This document shows, piece after piece, positions 50,030 through 61,600 of a stretch of DNA of 64,000 nucleotides. The first letter of the stretch is position 1, and each line of letters begins with the position of its first letter. The stretch spans positions 2,108,001-2,172,000 of the forward strand of contig JAYWIR010000021.1 of the NCBI GenBank assembly GCA_036172245.1. Reading direction: 5' to 3'. The notes below the pieces were generated by a model. The model was given only the letters and a program-made list of their open reading frames with translations, did not search any database and was not told where the DNA came from. This DNA is from Raillietiella orientalis. Taxonomy: Eukaryota. The translations under genes and the position numbers were made by a program.

Positions 50030-50955
50030 TCGCTCGGCAGTGTTGCCAGTTTTCTGTCACAATCCGCCACTTACGGTGACTGTTGGTATACGCGTGTCCT
50101 TGAACGAGAACAGTGACTACTCTTATTGCATTCTCTTTTTTCCTCCTTTTTTTTCGCTATTTGTTTTAGTAAGCCGAAGGGAAGTCGACTTTTACAACCA
50201 CGCGCGAGGTACTCGAAAAATTCCTATCGCAAGGATTTTCCTTATCGCGGAGGCCAAGCAAACAGACGGGTTCAGCGTGGGTTGAGCGTAGGGCTTCCCG
50301 TCGATAAAGGTGGACAAAGGTGCACGCGCGCAGCCCTGCTGCGAGGGAGGGAGGGGGGGGGGAGCTCCCCCAACCACCACCACCACCTCCCTCCGGGAAG
50401 GGCGCGCGCGCGCAGGAATGGCGGCGGTGGCACACGTACGCAGTCCCCCGCACGCTGCCCCCACCCCGTGCTCCCAAAACTCCGCCGTTCGGCCCCGAGA
50501 AACGCTTCAAGCGAAACACTCTTCGGGCCACGGGGTGTTCCGCACACTGAGCCGAGCACGGCTCGTGGGGTCGCAGCGGGCGCCCAACGCGTGCCGCAGG
50601 ACGAGAAACTGCCCGTTCGCAAAGAAGGGGAAGAAACCTCTCGGTGGTGCACCGCCGAGAGGGTTGCACGCGGTGCACACCGCGCCAAGGAGTCCTCTCC
50701 CGGCAGCAGCATCGGATCGCTGCCAAAACACCCCGCCGAAATTACTACGAGTGCAACGGACCGCGAAAACAAAATGGGAGAGAAGAAGAAGAAGAAAAGA
50801 AAAAAAAAAAAAAACGGGGGGAGGTGGGGGGGGGGAGGAAAGGAAGCAACAAGGGGGTGGGAGATGCATACGGGATCGCTACGGACGTGTACGTACGCAG
50901 GTCGCTGCTGGCTCGCGCGCGCCGTACCTATCCGAGGCACGCGTGTACACGAAGA

Positions 50956-51007
50956 GGCGGCGGCGGCGGCGGCGGCGACGGCGGCGGCGGCGGCAGCGGC
51001 GGCGGCG
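50956..51007. repeat. Interrupted (GGC)n trinucleotide repeat
   Basis: About 17 GGC units with two variant units (GAC, AGC). Confidence 0.9.
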
Positions 51008-54000
51008 AGCGGAAGAATTTCGGTGCGTTTGGCAACGCTGCGCGGTTATCGCCGTGCCGCAGTTACACTGTAGTGTTCTTCCCAGACGCGCTCGCCGGGA
51101 AAAAGTGCCTCCCCTTCGTTTCATCCCGTGGTGTTTGCATGGCTGCGCGTGGACCGGAATCCGGCTGCTCCCGGGATTCGCTCCGCCACGGCGGCAGGAA
51201 CGAGAAAAATCCCTCGAGCGCCCTGGAAACGCATCTCCCCGCAGCCCGCCGCCTCGCAGTCGTATAAAAAAAAAAAAGAATAAAAAAAAAAAAAAAAAGG
51301 AAAAAGAAGAAAAACCGTTTCCGCATTCGAATGTATAGAATACGCGCGTGCGTGTGCTCCAAAGTGTGGGTGCAGCGACGGAGGGAGGGAGGGAGGGAGG
51401 GAGGGGGGGGGGTTACGTTTTGAATGGCGAAAGGCAATATGGGTTTTTGGCAGGAGATTTGCTGAAAAATAAAGTGTAAATTCTCCTGGATGCAGACAGA
51501 TGCGGTGCATCCTGGGAGATGATGTCGTGAATATTCCTTTGTAACATTAGCAAATAGACAGACAGAGATAGCGCATTCGCGCGGCATTATCGGGCGGAAT
51601 GACTTACAGCGTCGGTGCTTCTCATGAGACACATTTCGGCCGGAGGGGGGGGGGGGGTGGATGGATTCTCTTTTACCCCTCCCCCTCCTCCTCCTCCTTT
51701 TTAGATTTATTTTTGGTTTTCTAATATTAATCGCCGTGCAGCGAGAACGAACTTGAAAGCGCTTTCGTACGGTGCCAATGAATTGGGCGAGGAGGCGCCT
51801 CCGCCTGATGGCCGCTCGATTCAAATATCGTCTTTGGAAAATTGCGACATTCTGCAGGGGGGGGGGGGGAGAGGGAGGGAGGGAGGGAGGGAGAAGAAGG
51901 GAAAGAAGTCGACTGCGCAGTCACGAGTGCGGTTCCCGAATGAGGAGAAATTCATAATTAGGATCAGCTCTCATTTTTCCGCGTACGAAAGCGTTCATCT
52001 CGGGGATCGGTTGTCCTTCCGCTGCAAAAAGCGATAGCCGACAGCTGACCGAACCGCCCCAGCATCCCCACGAAAACTGCCAGGGGCAATTATTACATTT
52101 ATTTTACAAACACCCAGGGGATGGGGGGGGGGGAAGGAACAAGGAAGCAGGAGGAAAGCTGGAAATAGGGCGATAATCTCTGAAGGGGGGGGGGGGGATG
52201 TGTCGTCACCCACCTCTGAAGACGGTCCCGAGTACCCCTTTCGAAAGGAAATACATATATATATATATATGTATATGTATATGTATATATATATATAGGT
52301 GGGGAAAAGTTGGGATTCGAAACAGCGAATCGCGCGGGAGGGGCCAAAACGTCGGGGGAATTTTTTCCCACGTGCAACCACCCCGTGTGACGTCGGACGG
52401 AAGGAGCACCCCAAAGAAAACTTTTTCCCTGGAAGAAGGCCGTGGAAACAAACCGACTTACGCGCGCGCGCACGCACACACACACACACGTATGCATATG
52501 TGTGGGCTCATTTTAGGAAACATTTTGCGTTATCAATAAGATTTTTCATTTTTCCTTTTTTTTTAAAAAAAAGAAAAAAAAAATGCGTCACGTCAAACAA
52601 ACAGCAGAGAACGGGCAGTGCGGGGAACCAATCCAGAAAAGCAGGGGGGGGAGGGGAAAGGGGGCACGCACGATGGTTTTTTTTTTTTTTCCCCTCCTCC
52701 CCTTTTAAGAAAAAAACAACGCGAGTGGATGAGAGCTGGCACCAAGGAGCCAAAATCCGCTGGAGACTTCCCCAAGTTTGGAAAAGTGAGTCTTCGCCAG
52801 TCAGCAAGCGGTTCGAACCATTTCGGCGGCGCATTCTGTTAGCTGCGGAAACTGTCGATTTGGGCGGAGCCGAGCGCCATGATCGATGGCACCTCATCTC
52901 CGCATTCAATCTGCATGTTGAGCGCTGCATTCGGACGGAGGATCGGTTCTGCCGAATGCGCTCGCAGCGAAGAACTTTCCATCCCGCGCGCGCGCCCGAA
53001 CGACTCCCCTCCTGGAGGAACGATATTTCCCGAATGGCATCCCTCCGTGCCTCTTTTCGGGAAGGTTCGACTTCCCCGCGAGGAACCTCACCGCTGCAGG
53101 TCGAGGCGGCGCTCGGAGTGCCCTATGGGAACCGCGAGGCACCACTGCATCTCTCTCTCTCTCGAGAGAGAGAGATGCAGTGGTGCCATGTTGGAAGTTT
53201 TGCAACGCTCACACGAAACCCCAAGATGGCCTCACCTACACGAAACCTCCAACACGTGAACGCGTACACAATTTATAATTACGTGCGTGAACTTCGGCAT
53301 GCAATGGTGCAAACCCAAGTGAAACAGATTGATGCGCGTTTCCGAAAGGGAGGCTCTAAGGTTACCTGTCACCTCTTCCCTCCCCTCCCCCCGTCCCCCT
53401 TTTTTTTTTTTTTTTTTTTTTTTTTGGAAACGAGGGCGCTGTTCCTTTCCTCGACTCTCGCAAGCATCCCCTTAAAGATCTGGGCGCACTCCCATGTGGA
53501 TGGCGATCACCCAGCAACACCCTTCGCCCCCACCCGTCTGCCATTTCGTACATGCGGGTGCATTCGCCCCCAAGCATGAATTGGGGATAAATGCGCGCAA
53601 AGCATCACGCAGAGCAGAGCGCGAGATTGATCAGGGCCAAGGCAGAAACGGTTAGAAGCAGGATGGACCGGATCTGCAGACAGACACACCGCTCGGAATG
53701 CGCGGTGCGTACGTAGGATCGCTGCGCCGCCGGGAACACCCCAGTCGTGAACACTTCCCATTTGGCAGAGACCGAGATGGGACCCGGGGTCGGTCACTTT
53801 CCTCGCCCAGAATTTGAAATTCGATTTGCATCTCTTACTGAGTTGCTCTTCCTGAAAACGTTGCTCCGGATCGGAATCCGCCACCTGCGCCACGTTTGCG
53901 CGGTGGCTATCTTCAAGACGGTCCCTCTTCCCGCACGGTTTCTGAATCCATAGAAGGAGCATCTTTGGGTTTTCCCCTCTGAACAGGAGAGCTCGAAAGT

Positions 54001-57000
54001 CGCCTGAAATCTTCCGGAGGAAACTCCAATCGAATTTCGAGGGAACGAGCAGAATCGGATGCGAATTCGGTAGCCGTGATGTGCAGCCCAAACACCTTCT
54101 GCATCCCTCGTCATCGAAAACAGTGCGAACCTTAAATACCAAAAAGGTACTTTGACGCAATTATGGATGATTCCTTTCCGTTTCCAGGCCGACGGAGCGT
54201 CAAGTAGCATCCGAGGCGGGAAGGGTGGACTCCTCCATTCGAAATTATCGTGGTCTCTCTGGAATGTTCTCTCATTTTGATTCAGGAAATTCTCGGGGAA
54301 TGTTTCTCCTTCTTCCTTTTTCTTTTGCTTTGAAATTTTTCCAAAAAGCCTTTCCGATCTATTTTTAAACGCATGCTTTGGTGTAGCAGCAATCTTTACA
54401 GAGATGGCTCTTGGAAGGTCTCCTCCTGCAACCCATCAAACATCGCCTGCATCGTGCACATCACATCACTTGCACTCCTCGCATGGGCACTTCCGTCTTG
54501 GGTGTCCACAGGAACGAGGAGGATACGAGGATCCTACCGTGAACCCGAAGCAGTTCGTTTCCCTGAGGTGTGCTCTTAGGAGCGCAGAAGGGAGCTGCGT
54601 AAAGTTCAACGGATAACTGGGGGGGGGGGGCGATACCGTGCGGTCAGGGCGTCCCGTACGGTGCCCACCCCCACGAACTCTTTCTCGTCCTTCTTACGGA
54701 TAGGGGTCGGCTTATGCTGCCGCCTCCGAAAGGTGATCCTTCGTGTCTCCGGAATTTCGATGCGACGCCCCCGGAAAAGCGTTTCGCGTGAGCTCACCTT
54801 ACTTTAAAGCTGTAAAGAGCTCTCGCAGAAAAGGCTTTTGGGGAAAATTTCGCCGCCTCTGACTGTCGTCGTCACCGGTAGATGCAATGTAAAAAAACCG
54901 TATTCGAGTGTACGACTTGTACGACTGGGAAACGGGTGAATGGGAGGTGACTGCGGCACCCCCCGGCTCGGATCCGCCGTCCGAGTTGGAGGGTTTTTTG
55001 ATCGTGCTGTGTTGATAACGGGGAAAAAGAAAAAAAATTCCGTAGGAAGTGAAGGAAAGAAAAAAATGGGGAGGCGGGGGGGGGGAGGGGAACATGGACG
55101 CGATTCTGCAAGTACGAAGTAAAAAAGTTGCGAAAACAGCGTTCGTTATCTAAAATTATCTACCTGCGTGAAGAACGCAAAGATTACAGCAAGGAAACAG
55201 CGAAATACGAAAAAACAGACCGAGAAAAATCGTACACGCAGCATCACTCTCAACGTGGGACTTCAAAGGTGAAGATTGACGCGACCAGAAAAAGAGCTCG
55301 GGTGAGTGAATCGGCAACAACGCTGGCGGCAGCGGCAGCAGCAGCGAAAGAAGAAAAAAGAGGGAAACCGATTTAAGGGCCGCATCACCATCATCCCCCA
55401 TCGCGTGAGGAAATGGTGGCCTCAGCAAACCGTCCACGCGGATCAGCATAAAATCACCAAGACGTTTGGACCGAAGCTCGCGTCTTCCAATCCATCATAC
55501 TCACACCCTCATGTAAATTCGAGACAGAAGGGATGCGATCCGCAGCGCGCTGCCGAATCCCCTCCGCCCCCCCTCTCTCTCCCTCCGCAGCAACGCAAAA
55601 GTACGCGAAAGACGGGCCTCCGCCACGCTTCTTGCGGTGCGTACGCTGAAGAAGTTCGCGGAGGTCAGAACCCATCATCGCCAGCCATCGAAAGTGCTCT
55701 CGCGGCAGTTTGGGCAATGATTCGAAGAAGAAGAAGGAGATGAATCCCGCGGCACCGTTGTTCCGAACGGGAGAGGGGAGCGGACGACCCAGAACGACCA
55801 GGCTGCTCCGCAGTGAGGGAAAGAGACTGCTGCTCGCTGGTCCTCTACGGCGCCCTCCATTCGGTTCGAGCAAACACGAATTCGGGAAGATTCCGAGGAA
55901 CGGCTCTCGCCGAAGATCGCTTCCCAGCAGCAGCTCCAGATTTGAGCGATGAATACTGATTTCGAGTACGGTAACGTGGAGCTGTCAAGAAGGAGCGTTT
56001 CTTATTGGGCGCGCTCGTGATGACTCATTGAGAATGATAAAGCTGAAGGCAGCAATCTGCCTGCGAACGGTCAGAGTCAACTCTGCAGATAACGCTCTTT
56101 CAGCTTTTCCACGCGCGCCCCCCGCCCCCCCCCCCCATTTCGCGGCGAAGAGTGCACTCGTGCTTTGCGATATAAACAAGCAGCTCCAGAAGAAAACGAA
56201 AACCGCCGCCGTCAGACGGGTGCAGCAGGCAGGCGCGCAGGAGCAGCTTCAGGTGCCGCAAAAGTCCGGCCGGAGGAACGGGAAACCGCACGCCTGTTTG
56301 TGGAACACCCCGTGCACAGGGAAAACACGGGGACGACGGCACTTCGGCAGGGAGGAGCAGCAAACCGTCCTGGAGGGAGCGCGAAACGACTCCGTGCCGA
56401 CGGATGCCTTGTGCGGAACCCCACAAAGCGTCGGAATCGGTCGACGCCTTTCCAGGCAAAGGCCAACCGATGGCAGCAGCCCCCCCCCCCCTCGGGGGGG
56501 AGCAACGCGATCTCTCTCGCTCGTCTCCGGACCGCATTCCTTTTCCTGTTTCGGCGTAGGGTCCTCCCGCGCAAAATTTGGTCCGTTTTGCTCGTCGGAG
56601 GGAGGCTGACCGCAAGATCGCACCGCCTCGCCCAGTGGACTGCAAACACGGCCGGGCAGAACGAGACGGGAAGCTGGGAAGTCTTTGGCAGGAAATTCAT
56701 CCCATCAGGGAGGCAGTCGAACGCAGCTCGTGAACGGTGGCGGTACTTATCGACGGGAGCAGCTCATTCCGACTGGATGAAAGACCTGGGGACACTGTTC
56801 GGACAAGCATTCGGTCCTGCGGGCGGCAAATTCTGCTGCTGTCCGAAGCGAGCGACTGCGGATCCACAGGTTACCGTGGCGACAGGAGGAAATCGGGAAA
56901 GCGTTCGGAGCGCCGAGAAGGCTCGGAACTCAAAGGATCGTAAATGTTGTCCCGAGTTGTGCGTTCCAAAAGAACGCTTGCAAGCCTTGGCAAACCACCG

Positions 57001-58672
57001 TTGCACAGCTTCCGATCTGCAACCGTTCTAATGATTCGATCGTCTGTCATCTCCGATCGTCGCGCGAAGAATCCAACACCACACCACCAGCGCTTTTCCC
57101 GGAAAAGAACTTTTTTTTCCCGATGGATGATTTTTCCGTGTGATACGTTTTGCCACCGGGGAATCGGGAGCGATTCCGGAATCCGTCGAGGTCAGGTCCT
57201 TCCGGAAGCAAATGGCGGTAACAGTCGGCCACGTATTTGGAAAATTGAAAGCGTGGTACATATCAAACACGGAGGTGGAAGGTGAATTTCCTGCGCGCCT
57301 TCCCCAAGCAAGGGAGAGCTTCTCGCAAACAGCATTCTCCGACCTTCACACTTGGAGTGTGTTTGTGTATGCAAATCATTTCATCAGTAGGAGTGCGCGC
57401 GCGGGGTGGGGTGGGGGTGGGCGGGGGGGAAAGCTGTTGCAGCGCGAGTGCCTTTTCGCGCTCCCATAATACGTTTCGCCGAAACACCCACTTGCTGAAA
57501 GGTCGAACACACCGAAAAGGCCGGTGCCGCATACACAGTGCACTTGCTGCAAAACGTGCACGGCTGCAGTGAAAGCAACCGCTTCGGCACAAACGGAGGA
57601 TTTCGTCCGCATCGTTCCGAGGAGCGTTTTGAGAGATGCGAGCTGCTCCCACCCGCGAGTGCGGAGGACCGACCCGAGAGCAAGAAGCGCGCCGAGACGA
57701 AGAAGACGGTTCTTCCGTCGCCCGCGCGGATTCCCCCGCTTCCGTGGAATCGAAAAGAAGGAAGTCGCTGGAAGACGCCGGGATGGGCGAGCCCCAGCCT
57801 GGTTCGGAAGCAGAAGGAGCGACACTCACCCGCGCTGATGATGAGGATGATAAAAAGGAAAGGAAGGAAAAGGTGAAACGAGCAAACGTGCGATCCGAAA
57901 GGAGATTTCGCCAAGAGGGGGCGCATCGTGGGACTTCGATCCCGTTGCGGCGATGAAGCCCGGGAAACGGATCCTAGCAACGGCTGTGCACCTTCTCCGC
58001 GGAACGTCCGGTGCGTGCACACACGTGGACGCGCGCGACGCGACAGTGTCGACACACGCAGCGACGTTGTCGTGTCGCAAAATGTTCGGGAAGAATGCAG
58101 CCGCCGCTCGGCGCCCCCCCACGCACGGATCTCTCCTGCCTTCCTCGCTTCCAGCTTCCTCCTCCCCCCCTCTGATCCATGCAATCTTTAAAAGCAATGG
58201 AGATGCGGCGGCACGTTTCGTTCCTTTTCCCTTCCTGGTGCGGTTCCTCGATGAGTCAGACAAACCGTCTGAGCACGCAAGAGGACGCGTGCGAGAAGCC
58301 TCTTTGAATCCGTCGAGAAAAAATAAGGCCGCATCCGCGGAACAAAAGGCAAACGCATTCACGGGGATCTTCGACCGTCGGTGCGAAATCGAAGCAAGCC
58401 CACGGGGAGCCTGGACCCCCCTCCCTCCCCGCCGCCACCGCGGGGAAGGGGAAAGGAGGGGGTCTGCCGGGAAGATTTTCATCAGAGCGGTAGGAAGATT
58501 TGGCGAGAGGGCCGGCGAGAGGAAAAACGTGCAGCAGCGTCCAGTGTGGTACGTGACCACACACTCTAAAAGCTGACCACTAAAAGAGAGAGAAGAAGAA
58601 GAAAAAGAAAAAAAAAAAACAAGGAGAGCAGTTAATCCGCGCAGGTGTTTCGGCCCGGGAGGCAGGCCGAGG

Positions 58673-58698
58673 GCGCGCGCGCGCGCGCGCGCGCGCGC
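58673..58698. repeat. (GC)13 microsatellite
   Basis: Perfect alternating GC run. Confidence 0.95.
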
Positions 58699-61600
58699 CG
58701 CGCAAGTAGCACACGGGCGTGAAAGAGTTGCGCGAGGGGGAAAACCCGCACGTCTCTTGCGAAATTCGTATGCGTGCGTCACCACCATCTACCGTTAACG
58801 CGAACGGCACGTAGGAAAGCGGCAACGCAAGATGGTCCGGAATTTTCGTGAATGATGGATGCTGGAGTATTCCGTGGTACGTGCCACGGCATCCCGAGCG
58901 CGAACCACGTCCCGAGACGCGGAGGTGCAGCGAATGGCGAAGAAAAGCCGCACGCTGCCGGAGGAGTCCGGAGCGCCGGCTGCCGGAAGTCATCTGGCTC
59001 TGTGCGTGTGTGCTGGCGCTGTATGCGCAAATGCAAGCACACATGCTCATCGGGACGCCGCGTTTACATTACATTTTTCTAGACGTTCGCCAGAAAAAAA
59101 GAGAAGAAGAACGAGAAGAAGAAGGGGGGGGGGGAGAAACGTAGAAAAGAAAAGCGGAGGGAGACTGCCGGACAGCTCGCTGACGGATGCGCGGGGATGG
59201 CACGTTTCCCGCGACTGGCAGCAAGGGAGATTTTCCCCTTCACGTACGACGCCCTCCGAATGCTGCATTCCGGGAGGCTGCTCCAGCAAAGGTTCGCCTC
59301 GCGCAGCAAGACGCAGGCGGTAACGGTGGTGGCGGAGACGATGGGGACCGCCGCACGCGAGGACCTCGGAGCTGGGGAGGAGGAGGGGGGAGGGTGGCCC
59401 ACGAACGTCGGGAAAGCGAACCGGCAGCTACGGGCCCCGAGGGGCGGGAGACGAGAGGAAAGAAGGGTCCGTTGGCGGTTCCCATGGAGACGGGACGGAC
59501 AGCCCGCGAGGCAGGAGCGCGCCTCTTCGATTCGCGCCAAGACTTAGGAACCCCCCTTCCCAGGGGAAAGAGAGGGAGAGAGAGGTTTCTTGCATCCAGC
59601 CGCCGCGAGCAGGGCAGGGCACTCGGAGGACGCGGGAGGTTGGGTACGTGGCTGAGGAGGGCGCTTTTTGGTCAGCGAAAAACCTGAGTCTCGGAGCGGC
59701 CAGAATGGAAAAAAAAAAAAAAAAAGGTTCGCTACTGCAAGGATCCTGGGGGTGACGGAGTGGAGGAGGTGCTGCTGCAAAGATGAGAGTCTCCGGGGCA
59801 AATCCTGCCCGAGTGCGCCCGCGGCACGGAGGGGTCTCTGATGTGTTCTGCGGCTGGGTATGCACTGGGGTGAATCCCAGACAGCCACCGGTGTGGGGGG
59901 CCGGGGGTGGGTGGGGAGGTAGAAGGGCAGGCAGTTCATCCCTCGGATGCCCCATTTCTCGGAGGAGGCAGTAGGCCAGTGAGCCGGGAGCGACCGTCAC
60001 GACTGGCTCCCCGTGAGGAAAGGAGCGTTCCGCGCGGAGAGAACGGGTGTGGAAGGCATGAGCGCCGACTCCTGCGAGGGAATGCGGGGTGGCGGTTGGT
60101 TGGTTCGGGAGACGAAGGCGGGGGTGAGGTCGGGTCACGCAAGCAGCTGCCTGCCTCCCCGCGCCTGCGGAAGCCTCGCCTGGGCATCCCGAGCGGACGG
60201 CGTGCGAAGACTCCGCCGCCTCGTGACGTCAGCCGTGTCCTTGCACGCAGCCTTAGAAGGAAGACAAACTCCCTGGCTGATGACGCCGACGCCTGGGAAC
60301 TGGGAGGAGGGGGAAAAAGGGGGTTGGGAGGATCGCTCGTTCTTCGCCGAGATCTTTGCCCTGCCCTCCTCACGCGCGTGCACGCGGCGGCGGCGGCGGC
60401 GGCCGGGAAGACGACGGACGCCACTGCGCGCTCGCGGGCGAACGGATCGATCCCGGGGCCGGCCGGGGAGGAGGAGCCAAAGCTCCATTGGGCTTCCAGG
60501 ACGCTCTGCGGCCAGGAACGGAACATCCTCCCCAGCCTCCTTCCGTCCGGCTAGCCGTTTGCCGGCGAGAGAAGGAGAGAAGCGCGGTGGCGTTGCGGAA
60601 GGGCGCCTCTCCGGGGAACCGCGCGCAATCCCAGGAGGGAGGCCGCATGCGAGGAGGAGGAAGAGGGGTGGGTCGAAGGGGAGGGCCGATCGCATCTCCC
60701 AGAGCTATCTTCCGCCCTTCCCCGAAAGGTGGCTTTCGAAGTGTCTGCTGGCGTCAGTCTGCGACCTCTGGATCGTCCGGGAGACGGCGTGCCCTCTCCC
60801 CTCAATGGCTACCGGGCCTGGTGAGTTGCGGGGCACCGTCCCCCGCAACCCACCAGAACTAGCAACAATTTTCAATCTACATTTCACTTTTCTTCTAGGA
60901 ACAATTTTCAAGGGCCGAAGCAAGGCTGGCACCCTTCCTGCGCGCGGGTCGGACCCTCCCTACTTGTCTTGCGCTGCCCCGCGCGCGTCCTTCACCTTTG
61001 CCTTCCGATGGTCGGGTCGCCGCGCGCAGCGCGCAGAGGAAGGTCGCACGCTTCTGCCTCCGTGGCCCGACGCTCCTGCAGGGAGCGGGGACCTCCGCGG
61101 CAGACACGGGAAAGCATCTCGCCCGGCCCCGAATTTCCACGGCCCTTCGTCGTCGCCCACCCCCAGGGGCACGCAGGAAGGGCGGGCCTGCCTCGAACGC
61201 CCGCATCCGCCCGGGAGGATCAGCAGCGCTCGAGTCGCAACGGGGGAAGGGGGTTCTCTGCGAAGGGGAACGCCCTGAGGGCGCTCTGGAACGAGGATTT
61301 GCACGCAGCCCGGAGGGTCTGACGCCCCCGCTCCGAGTCTCCACTCATCCTCCTCCGCACCGCAGGGGGGGGAGGGGGGGAGAGAGACGACCCCCTCCCC
61401 CCGCCCACCAGAGGAGTCCCCATGGTCGGGTCGGCCGCTCGTTCGCGCGCGACGTGGATCCCGGGCGGGCGGGAGCTCCAGCCGGAGGAACGAGAGATCC
61501 CTGCGGGATGCTCCGCGAGCTCCCGCGACACCCCGTGTTGCTCGCTCCCCTCGCACCCCACCCCACCCTCTTCCCGGATCCGCGAGAGCCGGGAAGAAGA

